Positions 7,521-20,363 of a DNA stretch of 64,000 nucleotides are shown here, one piece after another (positions within the stretch are counted from its first letter, which is position 1; every line of letters begins with the position of its first letter). The notes below the pieces were generated by a model. It ran no database searches and was not told the DNA's origin. It was given only the letters and a program-made list of their open reading frames with translations. The stretch covers positions 1-64,000 of the forward strand of contig JAPMXV010000007.1 in the NCBI GenBank assembly GCA_026936335.1, in the 5' to 3' direction. The DNA comes from Mantamonas sphyraenae STR306. Lineage: Eukaryota > Protista > CRuMs. Made by a program: the position numbers and the translations under genes.

Positions 7521-10500
7521 ATGGTATGCCCTCCCTCCTCCCCTCCTCCCCTCTTCCCTTGATCAACCCCCAACCCTTCCCCACGCACATTCCACTCCCC
7601 ACTCCCTGCCACTCACTCATCCTACCACCCCCATCCCGCAGGAGTCCAAGTATCTTGGCGCCACCTCCTCCTCCAAGATCCTCCAGCTGGCCCCAGCCCA
7701 GCTATACTTCAAAGACGTCCTCCCCAACCACGTATGTCCTCCCTTGGGCCCTCTTCCCACCAAACTGCACCTGCACGCCCCGAATCCAAACTTTCCCGCG
7801 CTTCCCAAACGACATCCTCTGACCCCGCCCCACCGCCTCACAACAGACCCGCTCCCAGGTCATCCGCCTCACAAACACCATGGTCTCCACCGTCGAGTTT
7901 TCCATCCGTCCGGGCACCGCCGACCGGTACACCCTCGACCCACCGGGGCCCTACACGCTCGGCCCCGGCAAGCATCTCGACCTCCTCGTCCAGCTCACCC
8001 TACGCGACCTGCCCAAGCGTCCCAGCGCCTCCCACCGCGACATCTTTCACATATCCTCAGACTTTTTCTCCCAAAAGTTCTACGTCACCTTTGCTTGCCG
8101 TGACACAGACTCGTCGTCCAAGAAGCCAAAGAGCCGCTCGCTGCTCAGCAAGCCTCCCCTCCCCAACACCACCACCACCTCCTCCTCCTCCTCCTCTTCC
8201 TCTTCGAAACAACCCCCCAACCACAACCAAGACCATCACCTGCGCGCAGAGGTCGCCTCTCTCAAGGCCCAGCTCGAGGAAGCCGTCGCCAAGATTGAAC
8301 ACCTTCAGGGCGTCGAGACCATGCTCCAGGACGTCGTGACCCCAGAAGTGGACGACATTGTACAGGCTGTCCTCACGCGTGAGCGCCAGCAGACCGAGCA
8401 AAAGAACAGACATGTCCTCGAGATTCTACGCCGCAAAGACGAGCGCATCCGCGCTGCCGAGCGCCGAGTCGCAGAAAGCGACGACATCATCAAGGATCTC
8501 CGACACAACGTCAACGAGCTCGCCCTCATGCTCGAGGAGGCAGAGTCCACCATCGACTCCCTCACTCTCCAGCTCCGCCAGGCCTCTGCAATCCCGGCCC
8601 CGCCCACTCCGCCTCCTCCCACCCCTCCCACCCCTCCCACTCCCCCTGTACAGTCACAACCAACCCCACAACCAACCCCACAACCCGCACAACCCGCCAC
8701 GCCACCAAAACCAGAGATCCTCGACGACCCCCGCGTGCCCGAGCTCGAACAGCAGCTCGCAGACGCCAACGAGCAGCTGCGCAAATGGAAGCAATCCTCC
8801 ACCGACCTCGAGCGCCAGCTGGACGAGACCAAGCTTGCCCTCGAGCGCAGTCAGGCCCGGGAGAAGCTCGCCGAGCAGCGCATGCGCCAGCAGCTCGAGC
8901 TCCAGGATGAGGAGTTCCAGCAAGAGCTTCACGTCCTCCGCGTCCGCATGGAACGCGAGCAGTCCTCTACACAGGATCAATCCAACGAGTTTGACCAGCT
9001 CCAGCGCAAGTGTGCCGATCTCGAGGCCATGAAGGCCAACCTCGAGTCGGCTCTCGCCGCCTCCCGCGACGAGCTCCAGAAGAGAGGCAACGACATGCGC
9101 GGCCTCATGGACGCCGTCCGCGCAGAGCGCAAACGCGCAGACGCCATTTCTCAACAGCTTTCCACCCCAAAGCAGCCTGTCGTGCGTGTCGAGACAAAGC
9201 CCAAGCCTCAAGCTTCCCCAGCCAAGCCCGCACCGGAGCCACAGAAACAGCCACAGCCCACCTCAGAGAGCCAGCCTGATGTACAGCAAGTCGAAGCAGC
9301 TATCCAGCAAGCCCGCGACGATCTACAGGCCCAGCTCGACTCTCAGCTCGCCGCATTGCACGAAAAACACACCCAGCGCGAGCAGCAGTGGCTCGACGCA
9401 CGTCAGCAGCTCGGCCAACACGTCCAAGATCTCGAACACGAGGTCTCCCTCCTCAACCGACGCAACGCAGACCTCTCCCGTGACAACGACGAGCTCGAGG
9501 ATCAGCTCCTGCGCGCACGCCGTGTCGTCGAGCAGTTTCAACGCTCCGAAACCCAGCTCCAGAGCAAGGCCAAGCAAATGCACTCCCTCTACGAAAAGGA
9601 AAAGGAGCAAGCCCACCTCGCTTCGGGCAAGCTCCAGGATGCGCGCCTCAACATGCAACAGCAACGCGACCACTACCACACCGAGCTCGAGCAGCACCAG
9701 GCTGTCATCCAGCAGCTCAACGCACGCATCACCGCCCTCAAGCTCAGCGAGCACAGGGCTGTCCAGGCCAGTCTCCAGGCCGAGGAGCACGCAAACAGGC
9801 TACAGGCCCAGCTCGACTCCAAGCCTGAACAGCCTAGAACACGCACGCAATCCGACGCCTCTCAGTCCTCCCACGACTCTCACACCTCCCACCTCCACGA
9901 AGAGATCTCCACCCTCCACGAACAGCTCCAAGCTGCCCGTCAGACTGCCTTTGTCATGGAAAATGCCATGCGCCTTGCCCGCCAGGACTTTGCCGAGCGT
10001 ATGCTCGACAAGGACAAGCGCATCGGCGAACTCGAGCACGCCGTCGCCCTCGCCAAGCAGACAGGCACCCAGGAAGCAGCCACTCTTGCACAACAGCTCG
10101 ACATTGCTCGCTCAGACCGCTCCGACGAGCTGGCAGAAACCGCCATGCACTTGGCCGACGACGTGCGCTCTCTCAAACAGCAACTCCTTGAACGCGACAA
10201 CGAGCTCCGCGTCCTCCGCGACCACCAAACACGCTCCAAGATGATGGTCGAGCTCAAACAGACCCAAGCCGTCGAGCTCGAGCTCCAGATGGAGCGCATC
10301 ATTGACTCCTTCCCCAACATTCTCGACACCCTCGACGACGACCCGCAGCCGTCCACACCCCGTGCCCCCGCCACCCCTGCTGCCAGCGATTCTTCCTTTT
10401 CCCTCATGACCCGAGCATACCAGGATGAGCGCCTGCTCGAGAACCAGCAGGAACTCGCCCGCCTCCAGGCTGCCCTAAAGGAAGAGCGCACCGCAAACGA

Positions 10501-13500
10501 GCTCCGTGGCCTCCAGATCGACAGATTGCGCAACCAGCTCGAATCCCTCAAGGAAGAAAACTCATCTCTGCGAGACGACGCACGCAAAATGACCAACGAC
10601 GCCGCCCAAGCCAAGCGCCAAGCACAGGAACACAGCGTCCAGCTCGAGCGCGATCATGCACGCGTTGTCCGCGAGCTTCGCCGCGACCTCAGCGAAGCCA
10701 AGCACCTTGCAGACGCACGCCACCGCGAGATCGAAACCCACCAGCTCGCCGCCCAACAGGCACGCGACGAAGCAAAGCTCGCCAAGCAGCGCCACGACAG
10801 AGACTGCCAGGACTGGCGCATCGAGCAACAGGACCTCACCAAACGCGCCCTCGCCGCAGAAAACGAGCAAAAGCGCCTCAACCGCCGCCTCGAGAAGCTC
10901 CGCCGCGCCGTGGAGGAAAAGACAAAGGAAATCGGCGTCCTCAAACAGACCCTTTCCTGGATGCAGGACCGCACCGCTGCCGACGAGCACATCAAACGCC
11001 AAAGCGGCCAGCTCATTGCCAGCAAAGCCATCGAGAGCACCTACGAGCGCGAACACATCGACCTCGTCCACGAGTACGAACAAACCCTCGCAAACCTCCA
11101 CGACGCCCAAGCATCTGTCCGAGCCCTCGATACGCGTGTTCGCCAGCTCGAACTCGAGCAGGAAGAGCAAACTCTGGCCCAGTCCGACGCCCAGCGTCGC
11201 CAACGCGAGATGGAGGAGCACATCACCATGCTTGAGGAGCAGCTCGCTTCCTCCGAGCAGGAGCTCGTCCTCGAACGCCAAGGCCAGCGTCTCGTCGAGC
11301 ACCAGCTTCAGCTCATGGAAGTGCAGCTGCGCAAGGTGATCCCATCCGCCCCGGCCTCATCCTCTATCCCCACGCCTCCTTCGCCGCCGCCACCGCCCAC
11401 ATCCGACGTCGACGACGACCCGCTCGACGGCCTTTTGCCTCTGGAGCCAGGCCAACTCGTCGTCCCCCACCGTGCCATGATTGCTGCAGCTCTGGCCAAG
11501 CTTGCTGCCTTCTGGGAGGCTGACAACAACGACAGCAGAGACGCGTTTGTCACCGAGCTCTGTCACCTTCTCAACGAGAGTGACCAGGTGCTGCACACGT
11601 TGCAACGAGACAACCGTTCCCTCCACGCCCATCTCGCTGAAGCACGCCAGCAGGCGCAGGCCACAAGCCACACCAACGCTTGGATGGCCGCCGAGTGGTC
11701 CATCTGCCGCGCCAAGCTCGACGGCATGCAAAACTTCCTCGACGAACGCCAGCGCGTCGACATGCGCTCCCTGCGCGAACGCCTCGACCTCGCCAACGAC
11801 CAGCGCGATGCCTATCGCCAGCGCTACGAGGCCGAACTCGCCGCAAAGCGTGACCTCCGCGTCCAGCTGGCCATCGCTCGTCACCAAGCACGCGACGCAT
11901 CTCGCCAGGCACGCGCACAGCAATACGCCTCCCAGATGCACCACATGAACTCCGAAGCACACGCAGCTGCATCTGCCTTTCAGGAGCTCGTCAGCGCAGG
12001 CGCAGAGGAAGCCGCCGTCCAGGACTGCCTCCTCGATCGCCTCCGTGCTCTTTCCCACCTGTACGGCCTGTCCCAGCGTCAGCTTGTACGATGGAAGTCC
12101 ATGGCCACCCAGCTGCAGCAAGAGGCCCTTCAGGCAGATTCCCAACACGATGCCCAGCCTCAGGACGAGCACGTGGACGACGACGCGGCACACGTCCCCA
12201 TCCCCAACGACACGCCTCCTGTCGAGCTCCGCATCGTCGTCAACGATCTCAACGCAGAGTTGCAGCTTCGCCACGACGCAGAGATGCAGCAACTGCGCGA
12301 AGAGTACGCCGTCCGTGAACTCCACTGGCGCGAACAACACCAACAGTGGGCCGACACCGTCCGCAAACACATCACACGCCTCCAAAGCGAAGCCGACGCC
12401 TGGCGCGCAAAGTGCGACCTCGATCTCGAGGGCAAGGGCGCAAAGGCCCGATTCCGCGCAGAGATGGATGCGCTGGCCAGCGAGAATGATCGCTTGGCGG
12501 CTGTCGCTCGCGAGGCCGAGGCGCGTACCCAGACCATGCGCGAAGAGATGCACAAGGGCGTCGCACGTGTCGAAGGCCTCCAGCAGGCTCTCGAGGCGGT
12601 CAGCAATCGCATGCAGGCCGGAGGCCCGGAGAAGCTGCAAGTTGCCCTCCACCGCTGCATCCTGCACATCGAGCGCCTGTCCACGCGCAACGCCGAGCTC
12701 GAGCGCCAGGCTGTGGGCAATGCACGTACCGAGGAGCTGCTCCGTGCTGCCCTCGAGGAGAAAGAGGACTTGCTGCAGGAGATCCCAGTCAAGGCTGACC
12801 ACCCTCCTCCTGCGGTCGTCCCCCTTGCAGCCCAATCCAAAGAGATGCGCACTCGTCTGCGTGACCTCCACACTCTGCGTGCAGAGAACGAACGGCTTGC
12901 ACACAGACTCAGCCAATGCATGGCCACTGTCAGCGAACACCGTTTGGACGACGCCGAAATCGCAGATGCACACGCGCAAGTACACTCCAGCCAGGCCCGC
13001 GAGCACGCCATGGCTACACAGCTCGCAGGCGCCATCCAGCGTGAAGAGGAGCTTCGCCAGCAGCTCCGAGCCTTCAAGTACATCCGTGAAGGCCTCATGG
13101 CTGCTGCGCGCAACGAGAGCGTCAATCCAGATTCCGCAAAGAGCCGCAAGCTCCTCCTTTTTTCCAAGCTGCGCGACCTGCTCCCAATCGGCATGGTTGC
13201 TCCCTCCACCTCCAGCGTATCGGCCTCGGCCTCGGCCCAGCAGGCCCACGCCGGTGTCATCGACAACATCGACGCCTTTGTCGACCTCATCGACGCCTGG
13301 GACGAGTACCAGGACACCACCCCCGCAGACATGCAGGCACGCCTCCTTGCTCTCGCCACAGCAGTGCGCGAACAGTCGCACGAGCTCCAACGCCTCCACG
13401 GCAAGGTGCAAAAGTACCGCACCAAGGCCAAGCGCTACAAGAGCGCCGTCTCTGTCGTCGAGTCTTCTCGTGCCAGCACTGTCAGTGCAAGCGAGTATGC

Positions 13501-15247
13501 AGAGTCTGTCCAAGGTGATGACGACGCTGCAGAGCTCAACCGCGCCCTCCAGCGCATCGAGGAGCTCGAAGACGTCATTGTCCAATTCCGAGAACGTGAC
13601 TCCCAACAGGCCACGTCCGCCGCCGCCCCTCCACCTCCGCCCCCACCACCGCCCGCTCCGGCTACTCCTGCCCCGCAACCACAACCACAGCCCAAGGAGA
13701 GGGAGAGCCCGCCTCGACCAGAGCCCGAACGCAAACGACCCCCGACCCCCTCCCGCAAGGTGAACGCAGCTGTCGTCATGCTGACCCCTCGTCTGGCTCG
13801 CCTCACCAAGGACCAGGACGTCGACGGCCTTTGTGACCTCCTCGACAGCGTCTTTCAAATGGACAGCGACGACATGCGCGCTGCCTGTCTCCACGAACTC
13901 GCCCTCTATCTCGTCGTCGAGCTCAACGACACCTACGGCTCCTCCTCCTCCTCCTCCTCCTCATCTTCATCTTCATCCGCTCCCGCCACCACAAAGTGGC
14001 GCGACGAGCTCATGCAACTGTACAGCGCCTCCTCGCCGCCCACATCACCACGCTCTCCCTCCTCCTCCTCGCCCCGCAACGACGACGACAACTTGGCCAC
14101 CCGCAGACTTCATCTCGACAACACGCGCTTGCAGCACGAGATCGATGCCCTCAAGAAGCATCTCGACCTCGTTGGGGCCACTCTGGCCGACGAGGCTTCC
14201 ACAAAGGCCGCTGCCGCTCACAGGCGCTCCGTCCCAGACATGCAGGCTGTCCTAGAGCTCGTCACATGGCAGAACGACCAGATTTCTACCCTGCGCGAGC
14301 GTCTCGATGCACACCTTGGCGACATGCCCTGGGACAATGACGATCAAGTCTCCAGCGCTCTCCGCGTCGCTCTCAGCCGCGCAGAGGACGCAGAAGCAGA
14401 ACTCCACGCCACACAAGAACGCTTGCAGCACGCTGCCCTCCAGTTGGCCAGCCTTGGTGCCCAGCTCGGCGACGACATTGACGACAACAGCGAACAGCGA
14501 CGCGTCCACGACACCCTGCGTTCCCTCAAGCAAAAGGTGGCCGAGCAACGCGCCGACATCGACCGCAAAGCCTCACTCATCTCAGCCCTGCGTGTGCAGA
14601 ACGAGTCGCACGTGCAGGACAACGCCGAGCTGCACCAGCAACTCCAGCAGGCCCTCGACAGCGCCGAATCCTTCAAGCTGCAGCTACAAGTGAAAAAGTC
14701 CCTTGTCGAGGAGCAGCGCGCAAAGATGGACCAAGACAGGCGCACCAAGCAGGAGGAGAACAAGCGCCTGGGTGTGCTCGGTCTCCGTGTCAAGAAGCTA
14801 AACACGGAGAAAAAGGCCGTCGAGAAGCGCCTGCGCAAGGCCAACGCTCGCAACCAGGATCTCGAACGCGAGCTCAAGGATGCCATGCACACGGTCAACA
14901 AGTACGAGAAACGCAAACAGCAGGTCAAGCAGCTGCGCGATCAACTGGACCAGGCCAACCGCGAGCTCCAGACCCTCCGTTCAGACATCTCCCAAGGCAT
15001 GGGCATCTCCCGCAAGCAGGTCGCCACCGTGGGCAGACTCGAGCACGGTGACAAGGTCGAACAATGGGTCACGGATCTCCAAGTCGTCGACTGGACCGAA
15101 GAGGAAGACGTCCCGCCCGCGCCCAGTGTCGACTCGGCCCACCGCAAACGTGCCTCCCAACAGGTCGCCCAGAAAGTGGCTGGATTGGGTCTTGGTTGGA
15201 CCCAGGAGGATGTCCAAGACGTGTTCCAAGACAATGAATCTGACTAG
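7521..15247 (+). CDS. Giant coiled-coil centrosomal protein, centlein-like, with N-terminal ASH/PapD-like Ig domain
   Basis: Exons 7521..7523 (ATG only), 7642..7731, 7847..15247. PEVDDIVQAVLTRERQQTEQKNRHVLEILRRKDERI resembles the conserved centlein N-terminal motif. Long heptad repeats follow. Confidence 0.7.
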
Positions 15248-15265
15248 CTCCGCGCAACTCACCCT

Positions 15266-16516
15266 TCAAATTTTGATCACCACTCCAAACCTGTAGAGCA
15301 CGGCGTCCACAGCCACCCACAACAGCAAGTGGCACAACGCATACACCAAACTCGCCAGCACACGCGGCTGGATCCAGCTCGCAAAGAGGACATCAAACGA
15401 ACAACTGTACCAGTTTGCGCCGGGTGTCGCAGCGCACGGCGTGTACACGCGCAGCAGCAGGATCTCTAGCAGCACCATGCCCACAAACGTGGCAATGGCA
15501 TTGAGTCCCAGCACTCGCATGGGCAGCCAAAGCCACTTGGGCGACGGCGCCACGTCAGCAAGCACATACAGCGCGGCGTGGGCCACAAAGGCAATCCCGC
15601 TCGTCAGCAGCACAAAGCTCACCGTCCACAGCCGCTTGTTCACCACCAGCGGCGTGTACTCGCCCAACAACACGCCGCCTGCAATCATGACCGCTCCAGC
15701 CACACTCCACACCCCGATGCGTGCTCCAGGTGACTCGAAACGCCGCGCAACCTGCCAAAATTGGATCCCTGCAAACGTCGACGCCACCGCAGACATGGTC
15801 GCCGTCAGGCTCTCTGGATCGGTCGGCTGGTGACTGTGGGCCTTGCTCATCAGCGCCGTGTCCCATTGTCCAGGCAGATTGCAGTCGGGACGCAGCCGAG
15901 AGCCCGAACACGTCAAGGGCGCGTAGAAAAGCAGTAAATGGTACGCCACCTGCAGCGCAACCACAGCCGCCCATTGCAAAGGCACGCTCACGCCAATGAA
16001 AAGCGCGTTGCACACCAGGTACGCCACCGCAATGCGCTGAAGTACGCCCATCACACGCAGCCGTGCAAAGTTGAACAAGCCGGCCAGCAGATTCAGAAAC
16101 ACGCCACACGCAAAGATGCGCATCGCTCGAAACACAAGCTTGCGCCACTGTCGTCCGCTTGGCCTTTCCTTGCCTTCCTCCATCGCATTGTACTTGCTCT
16201 GAGTGATGCACACCGACACGCCAGACGCAAACAGGAAAAAGGGAAACACCGTGTCCGCATACGTGCACCCGTTCCACACGCTGTGCGCAAACGGACTGTA
16301 CACAGACCCAAAGTCCCCCTGGTTGTCCACAAGAATCATCCCAACCATCGTCAGCCCTCGAAACACGTCCAACGACAACACCCGCTTCCGCGCCCCGCTC
16401 TCCTTTGCCACAGGCTCTGGATCGTCGTTGATCACCGCATGGTAATGAATACGCCGACCACGCGGGGAAGCAGGATCCAACCGCAGCGAATCACTCCTCT
16501 GCAGAAAAGATGCCAT
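15266..16516 (-). CDS. HGSNAT: Heparan-alpha-glucosaminide N-acetyltransferase-like membrane acetyltransferase (short form without lumenal domain)
   Basis: RVLSLDVFRGLTMVGMILVD, HSVWNGCTYADTVFPFFLF (catalytic His present), RVMGVLQRIA, DPESL, NKRLWTVSFVL, LGLNAI; multiple TM helices. Confidence 0.9.
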   Translation of the reverse strand: MASFLQRSDSLRLDPASPRGRRIHYHAVINDDPEPVAKESGARKRVLSLDVFRGLTMVGMILVDNQGDFGSVYSPFAHSVWNGCTYADTVFPFFLFASGVSVCITQSKYNAMEEGKERPSGRQWRKLVFRAMRIFACGVFLNLLAGLFNFARLRVMGVLQRIAVAYLVCNALFIGVSVPLQWAAVVALQVAYHLLLFYAPLTCSGSRLRPDCNLPGQWDTALMSKAHSHQPTDPESLTATMSAVASTFAGIQFWQVARRFESPGARIGVWSVAGAVMIAGGVLLGEYTPLVVNKRLWTVSFVLLTSGIAFVAHAALYVLADVAPSPKWLWLPMRVLGLNAIATFVGMVLLEILLLRVYTPCAATPGANWYSCSFDVLFASWIQPRVLASLVYALCHLLLWVAVDAVLYRFGVVIKI

Positions 16517-16565
16517 GTTTTGTTTTCACTTCCTGTGGATCCACCGCCGCACCCATCCCACCCAG

Positions 16566-19488
16566 CTATTCTTCCAGCAACTTCCTTGCCATCTCATTCG
16601 ACGCACTCACCGCACTCAACGCCTCACGCACACGCTCCCCCCCGCTCAGATGCGTCAGCAGCGCACGGATCACCTCCGCCGCCGACTCGCACACCGAAGG
16701 CTGCACCAGCAGCCATACAACCTTTTCGGTGATGTACCCGCCCGTCGTCTCGTTCACCACCTTGCCCTCTGTGTGCCTCACCACTTCCACCATCATTTTG
16801 CACGCTGCATTCACCGCTGCGTCGCTGTTGCGATTGTTGATGGCCTTTTCCAGGAACGTCTCGTACACCGCGTGCACAACCTCATACTCCAGCTGTCCAC
16901 CCACACGCACCATAGTCTGTTCCAACAGGCCACACGCGCTCACACACGCTTGCTCAGGCTCCGGATCCACGTCGTCGCACTCCAGCATGCTCAGACTGTG
17001 CGACAGCAGGCTGTTCTCCTTGCTGTTCATGACCCCCATCAGTGTCTCCTTGCCCACCATCACCTCATCCCCGCCCAGTCTCTCTGCCACCTGCATCATC
17101 ACCGCACGGATCGCCCGCTCGTCTTTGCCCGCACGCCACGAGCAGTTTGCGCTCACTACCCCCGCCAACGCTGCCTCCCACCACGGGTCCTCCCGCCCAC
17201 TGTATGCCTCTACAATGTCCAGCATCAACGGCGCCAACAAACGCCGCAGCGGAGCCCGCTTCCGCCGTTCCTGGCCCACTGCCAGCCCGACCTCGAGCAT
17301 CTGCTGCCAATGCTCGCGCGCCTCAAATGCCTCCTCCTTTGCATACGTTAGCGCCCCTCGCATCAGCGTCACCAGAGTCTGTGGTCCTCCCACAGACAGC
17401 GCCGTCCACTGGCCGCACGAGTCGCCCAGCTCCGACAGCAGCGTGCCCACGTGCGCCCCGTACACATTCTCCGCATCCCCGACTGCCGCCTGTAGTTGGG
17501 CCATCCCCTCTCCCACGTCTGCCCCGGCCGCTTCCAGCCGTACTAGCTGACGAAACAAGGCGTACGAGTGCTCAGAGCACGCCGATCCGCCCACCGACAC
17601 CACGTTGCACAGCAACCCGACAAGCTGCCGCATCACCTCCTCTTGTTGGCTCTGCGACAGATCCACCTGCGCCAACGCTTCCAACAGCTCCCCCATCAAT
17701 GGTGCAAGCACCTCTGGCTCCCGCATCCCCAACACTGCCTGCGACAACAGAAACAGCCTGTGCGCACGCTCCCGATCTGAACGCGGTCCACCCGCCACAG
17801 CTCCACCACCTCCACTGCTGCTGCTGCTGCTGCTGCTGCTCGACGCTGCCGCTGCATTGGGATTCACCGTCCCGGGAGGCAACATTGCTTGCAGCACGTT
17901 CTCTCCCGGCACAAAGAAGCCCAGCAGACGAGCGCTCGCCTCCACGTGCTCCATGATCCCTCGCTGCTTGTCGTTCATGTGGTCGTCCGTCACCTGCACC
18001 AAAGCGTCCACCACTGTGTCTAGATACTGCGTGATGTACTCCTGAGTCAGCGCCAACAGCATGTGCAGCTGCCTGCACGCAACAAGCCGCGCGTCGCTCT
18101 GCCACCCTTCCACCATGTCGGCCACAATTGGATCAAGGATCGCCTTGAGCTTGTCGCGTATCATCAGCCGGAAGTTGTAGTCGGGCAGCTTCTCTGCGTG
18201 TCCGTCCTCTGCCGAGCGCAACCCAACAGGGTAGCACACCGCAGCTGTCTCATCGTACGCAGGCAGCTCACGCGTCTGCAAATCGTCCCCGCCGTGTGTA
18301 AAGTCTTCCGCCTCGCGGTTGCGGTGGTCGTACTGCTCTCCGACGCGTGCCATCATCGCGTATGCTCGAGTCCGCAACGAACCCTGCTGCTCCCCAAGTG
18401 CAGTCAGCACAAACGGGAAAAGTTTGTAGTAAAACACGTGCCGGTCCACGAGCGACACCAGCCACGTCTCCACCGTCCGTAGCAACTCCGCGTGCACATT
18501 CAGAGCAGAGTTGGGCTTGCTCATGGCCTTCAACGCCGCAAACATCTCATTGTCCTTCATCGACAAACCCTCGCTCGAGTCATCCTGCACAACAAGCACA
18601 CACAACGCACGCAGCGCATAAAGACGCACCTTGGACACGTTGTGCCGCAGCGACGGCTTCAGCGCTCCGCGTACCCGATCCACATACCCGCGAAGCTCCC
18701 GCTTCTCGCACAGCGCACACAGTCGCCGGACGATTCCGCTCACGCTCGCCATTGTCTCCTGGTCCCGGAATGCATTTGCAAGCGTTTTGCACACCACGTC
18801 GACCAAGTCGTTCAGGTGCGGCCGCACCTGCGCAAGTGTAAGCTCCTTCAGCAGCGCCTCCAGCAGCTGCAGTTTCATCTGACGCACATCCTCGCTCTTC
18901 TCGTTGGCCACTCGTTCGTCCGTCAGCTCAATCAGCGTCTCTGGCAGCAACTGTGCCGTGCACTCGTGCTCCGCCGTTGCCGGAAGCGCCCTGCGAAACG
19001 GCCCCAACGTTCACCCCCACTGGGCGTCAGCGTACATGCTTCCTTGTCCCCTCTCGCCACGCCCCACGTCTATTCCCCGTTCAACTCACTCTTCCAGGAT
19101 TTCCAGGGCATATGTGCACACCGTCTCGCTCTCGTCCCGAAACGCCTGCTGCTGCAACGGACCCGCCAACACCGTCAGGTACAACGACGCCTTCACCTTG
19201 CTGTCCTTGATTCGGCCCCACACCTTGCGGATGTTCGACATCGCCACCAGACGTTTCTTCTTGTTCTCGTTCAGCAGCTCCCGCAGATGCGGCTCCACTT
19301 TTGCCCGTTCTGCGTTCACTGCGTCTGCAATCGGATCGCTGTAGTCCACCGCCGCCTTCCCTGCACTCTTCTTCCCACTGCTGCTGCTGCTCTCGTCGCC
19401 CGCGTGGCTTGTTTTGCTACGCTTGCTCCCGCCCGTCTGGATCATGACCTCTTCGTCGTCGCTCGAGCCGTCCACCAAGTCCAGCTCC
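16566..19488 (-). CDS. DNAAF5: Dynein axonemal assembly factor 5 (HEATR2)-like HEAT-repeat protein
   Basis: Exons 19488..19090 and 18990..16566 (intron GTGAGT...TCGCAG). Motifs EKSEDVRQMKLQLL, LRHNVSKVR, WLVSLVDRHVFYYKLFPFVLTAL, VGEQY, EYITQYL, ARLLGFFV. Confidence 0.8.
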
Positions 19489-19587
19489 ATTCTGTGTGGT
19501 TTGGCGGTTTGGCGCGACCACCGCACCCGACGTCAAGACGCCTACACACACGCAACCACTCCTCGACCATGCTCACAATCATCCCCA

Positions 19588-20097
19588 TCAGTCCTTCCAT
19601 TGGTTTCCACACTGCACACAAACGAAAAACAGCGTCATTTGCTCGTCCTCCTGCTTCGCCGGTGTCTGGAAGAACACTGCCTCGTTGCCCAAGCACTGCG
19701 AGCACTCCACGTCCTTTGTCCTCGGCAACGTCGGATCAGACGCCACATCCTCAATCACCATCGTCCCCTCGCTGCACACACGCGTCGTTCACCGCCGCCA
19801 CCACCACCACACATACACATACACACACCTGCGTCAGCACACGTCCATCGCTCTCGCCGCCAAACCCCTCCTCTGCTCCCGGTCGCGTTTCCGCCTGCGC
19901 AAACTTCCCTCGCATACGCTCACACCCCGTCGCCTTCCCACACTTCTCCACATCGCCCCAACCTACTCCTGGTGGTTCACTTCGTTGCGATAGATACAGC
20001 TGTCCACCGCTTGCTCCGCGTGCCCGCAATGCGCACACGCCAACATCAGCTTTTTCAGCGACCTGTCCTCTTGCGGATGCAGCAAGTTGTTGCTATC

Positions 20098-20156
<59 letters not shown>

Positions 20157-20290
20157 CACCACCAAGCACCACCAGTTGCTCGAGAACGTCAGTGTTTCCG
20201 CCCCTGGCACCCGTCCCGAAACACACCATCCCATTCCCGTTTCCCTCCTTACCATTCCCTGCAAAAGTTCAATGGCGCAAACGACGACAT
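19588..20290 (-). CDS. RPB9: RNA polymerase II subunit RPB9
   Basis: Exons 20290..20253, 20092..19967, 19771..19588 give MSSFAPLNFCRECNNLLHPQED...ACAHC...DPTLPRT...CSQC...EAVFFQ...MTLFFVCVQCGNQW (two zinc ribbons). Confidence 0.96.
20102..20155. repeat. (CA)n microsatellite inside RPB9 intron 1
   Basis: Uninterrupted CA run of 54 nt ending a few bases from the 3' splice site on the minus strand. Confidence 0.97.
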
Positions 20291-20363
20291 CTTCTGTGCA
20301 CAGTTCCCCTCCAAAAAACCCTGCCTCCACCTTCGCTCCCAAACCAACCCCTCCAAACCCATC

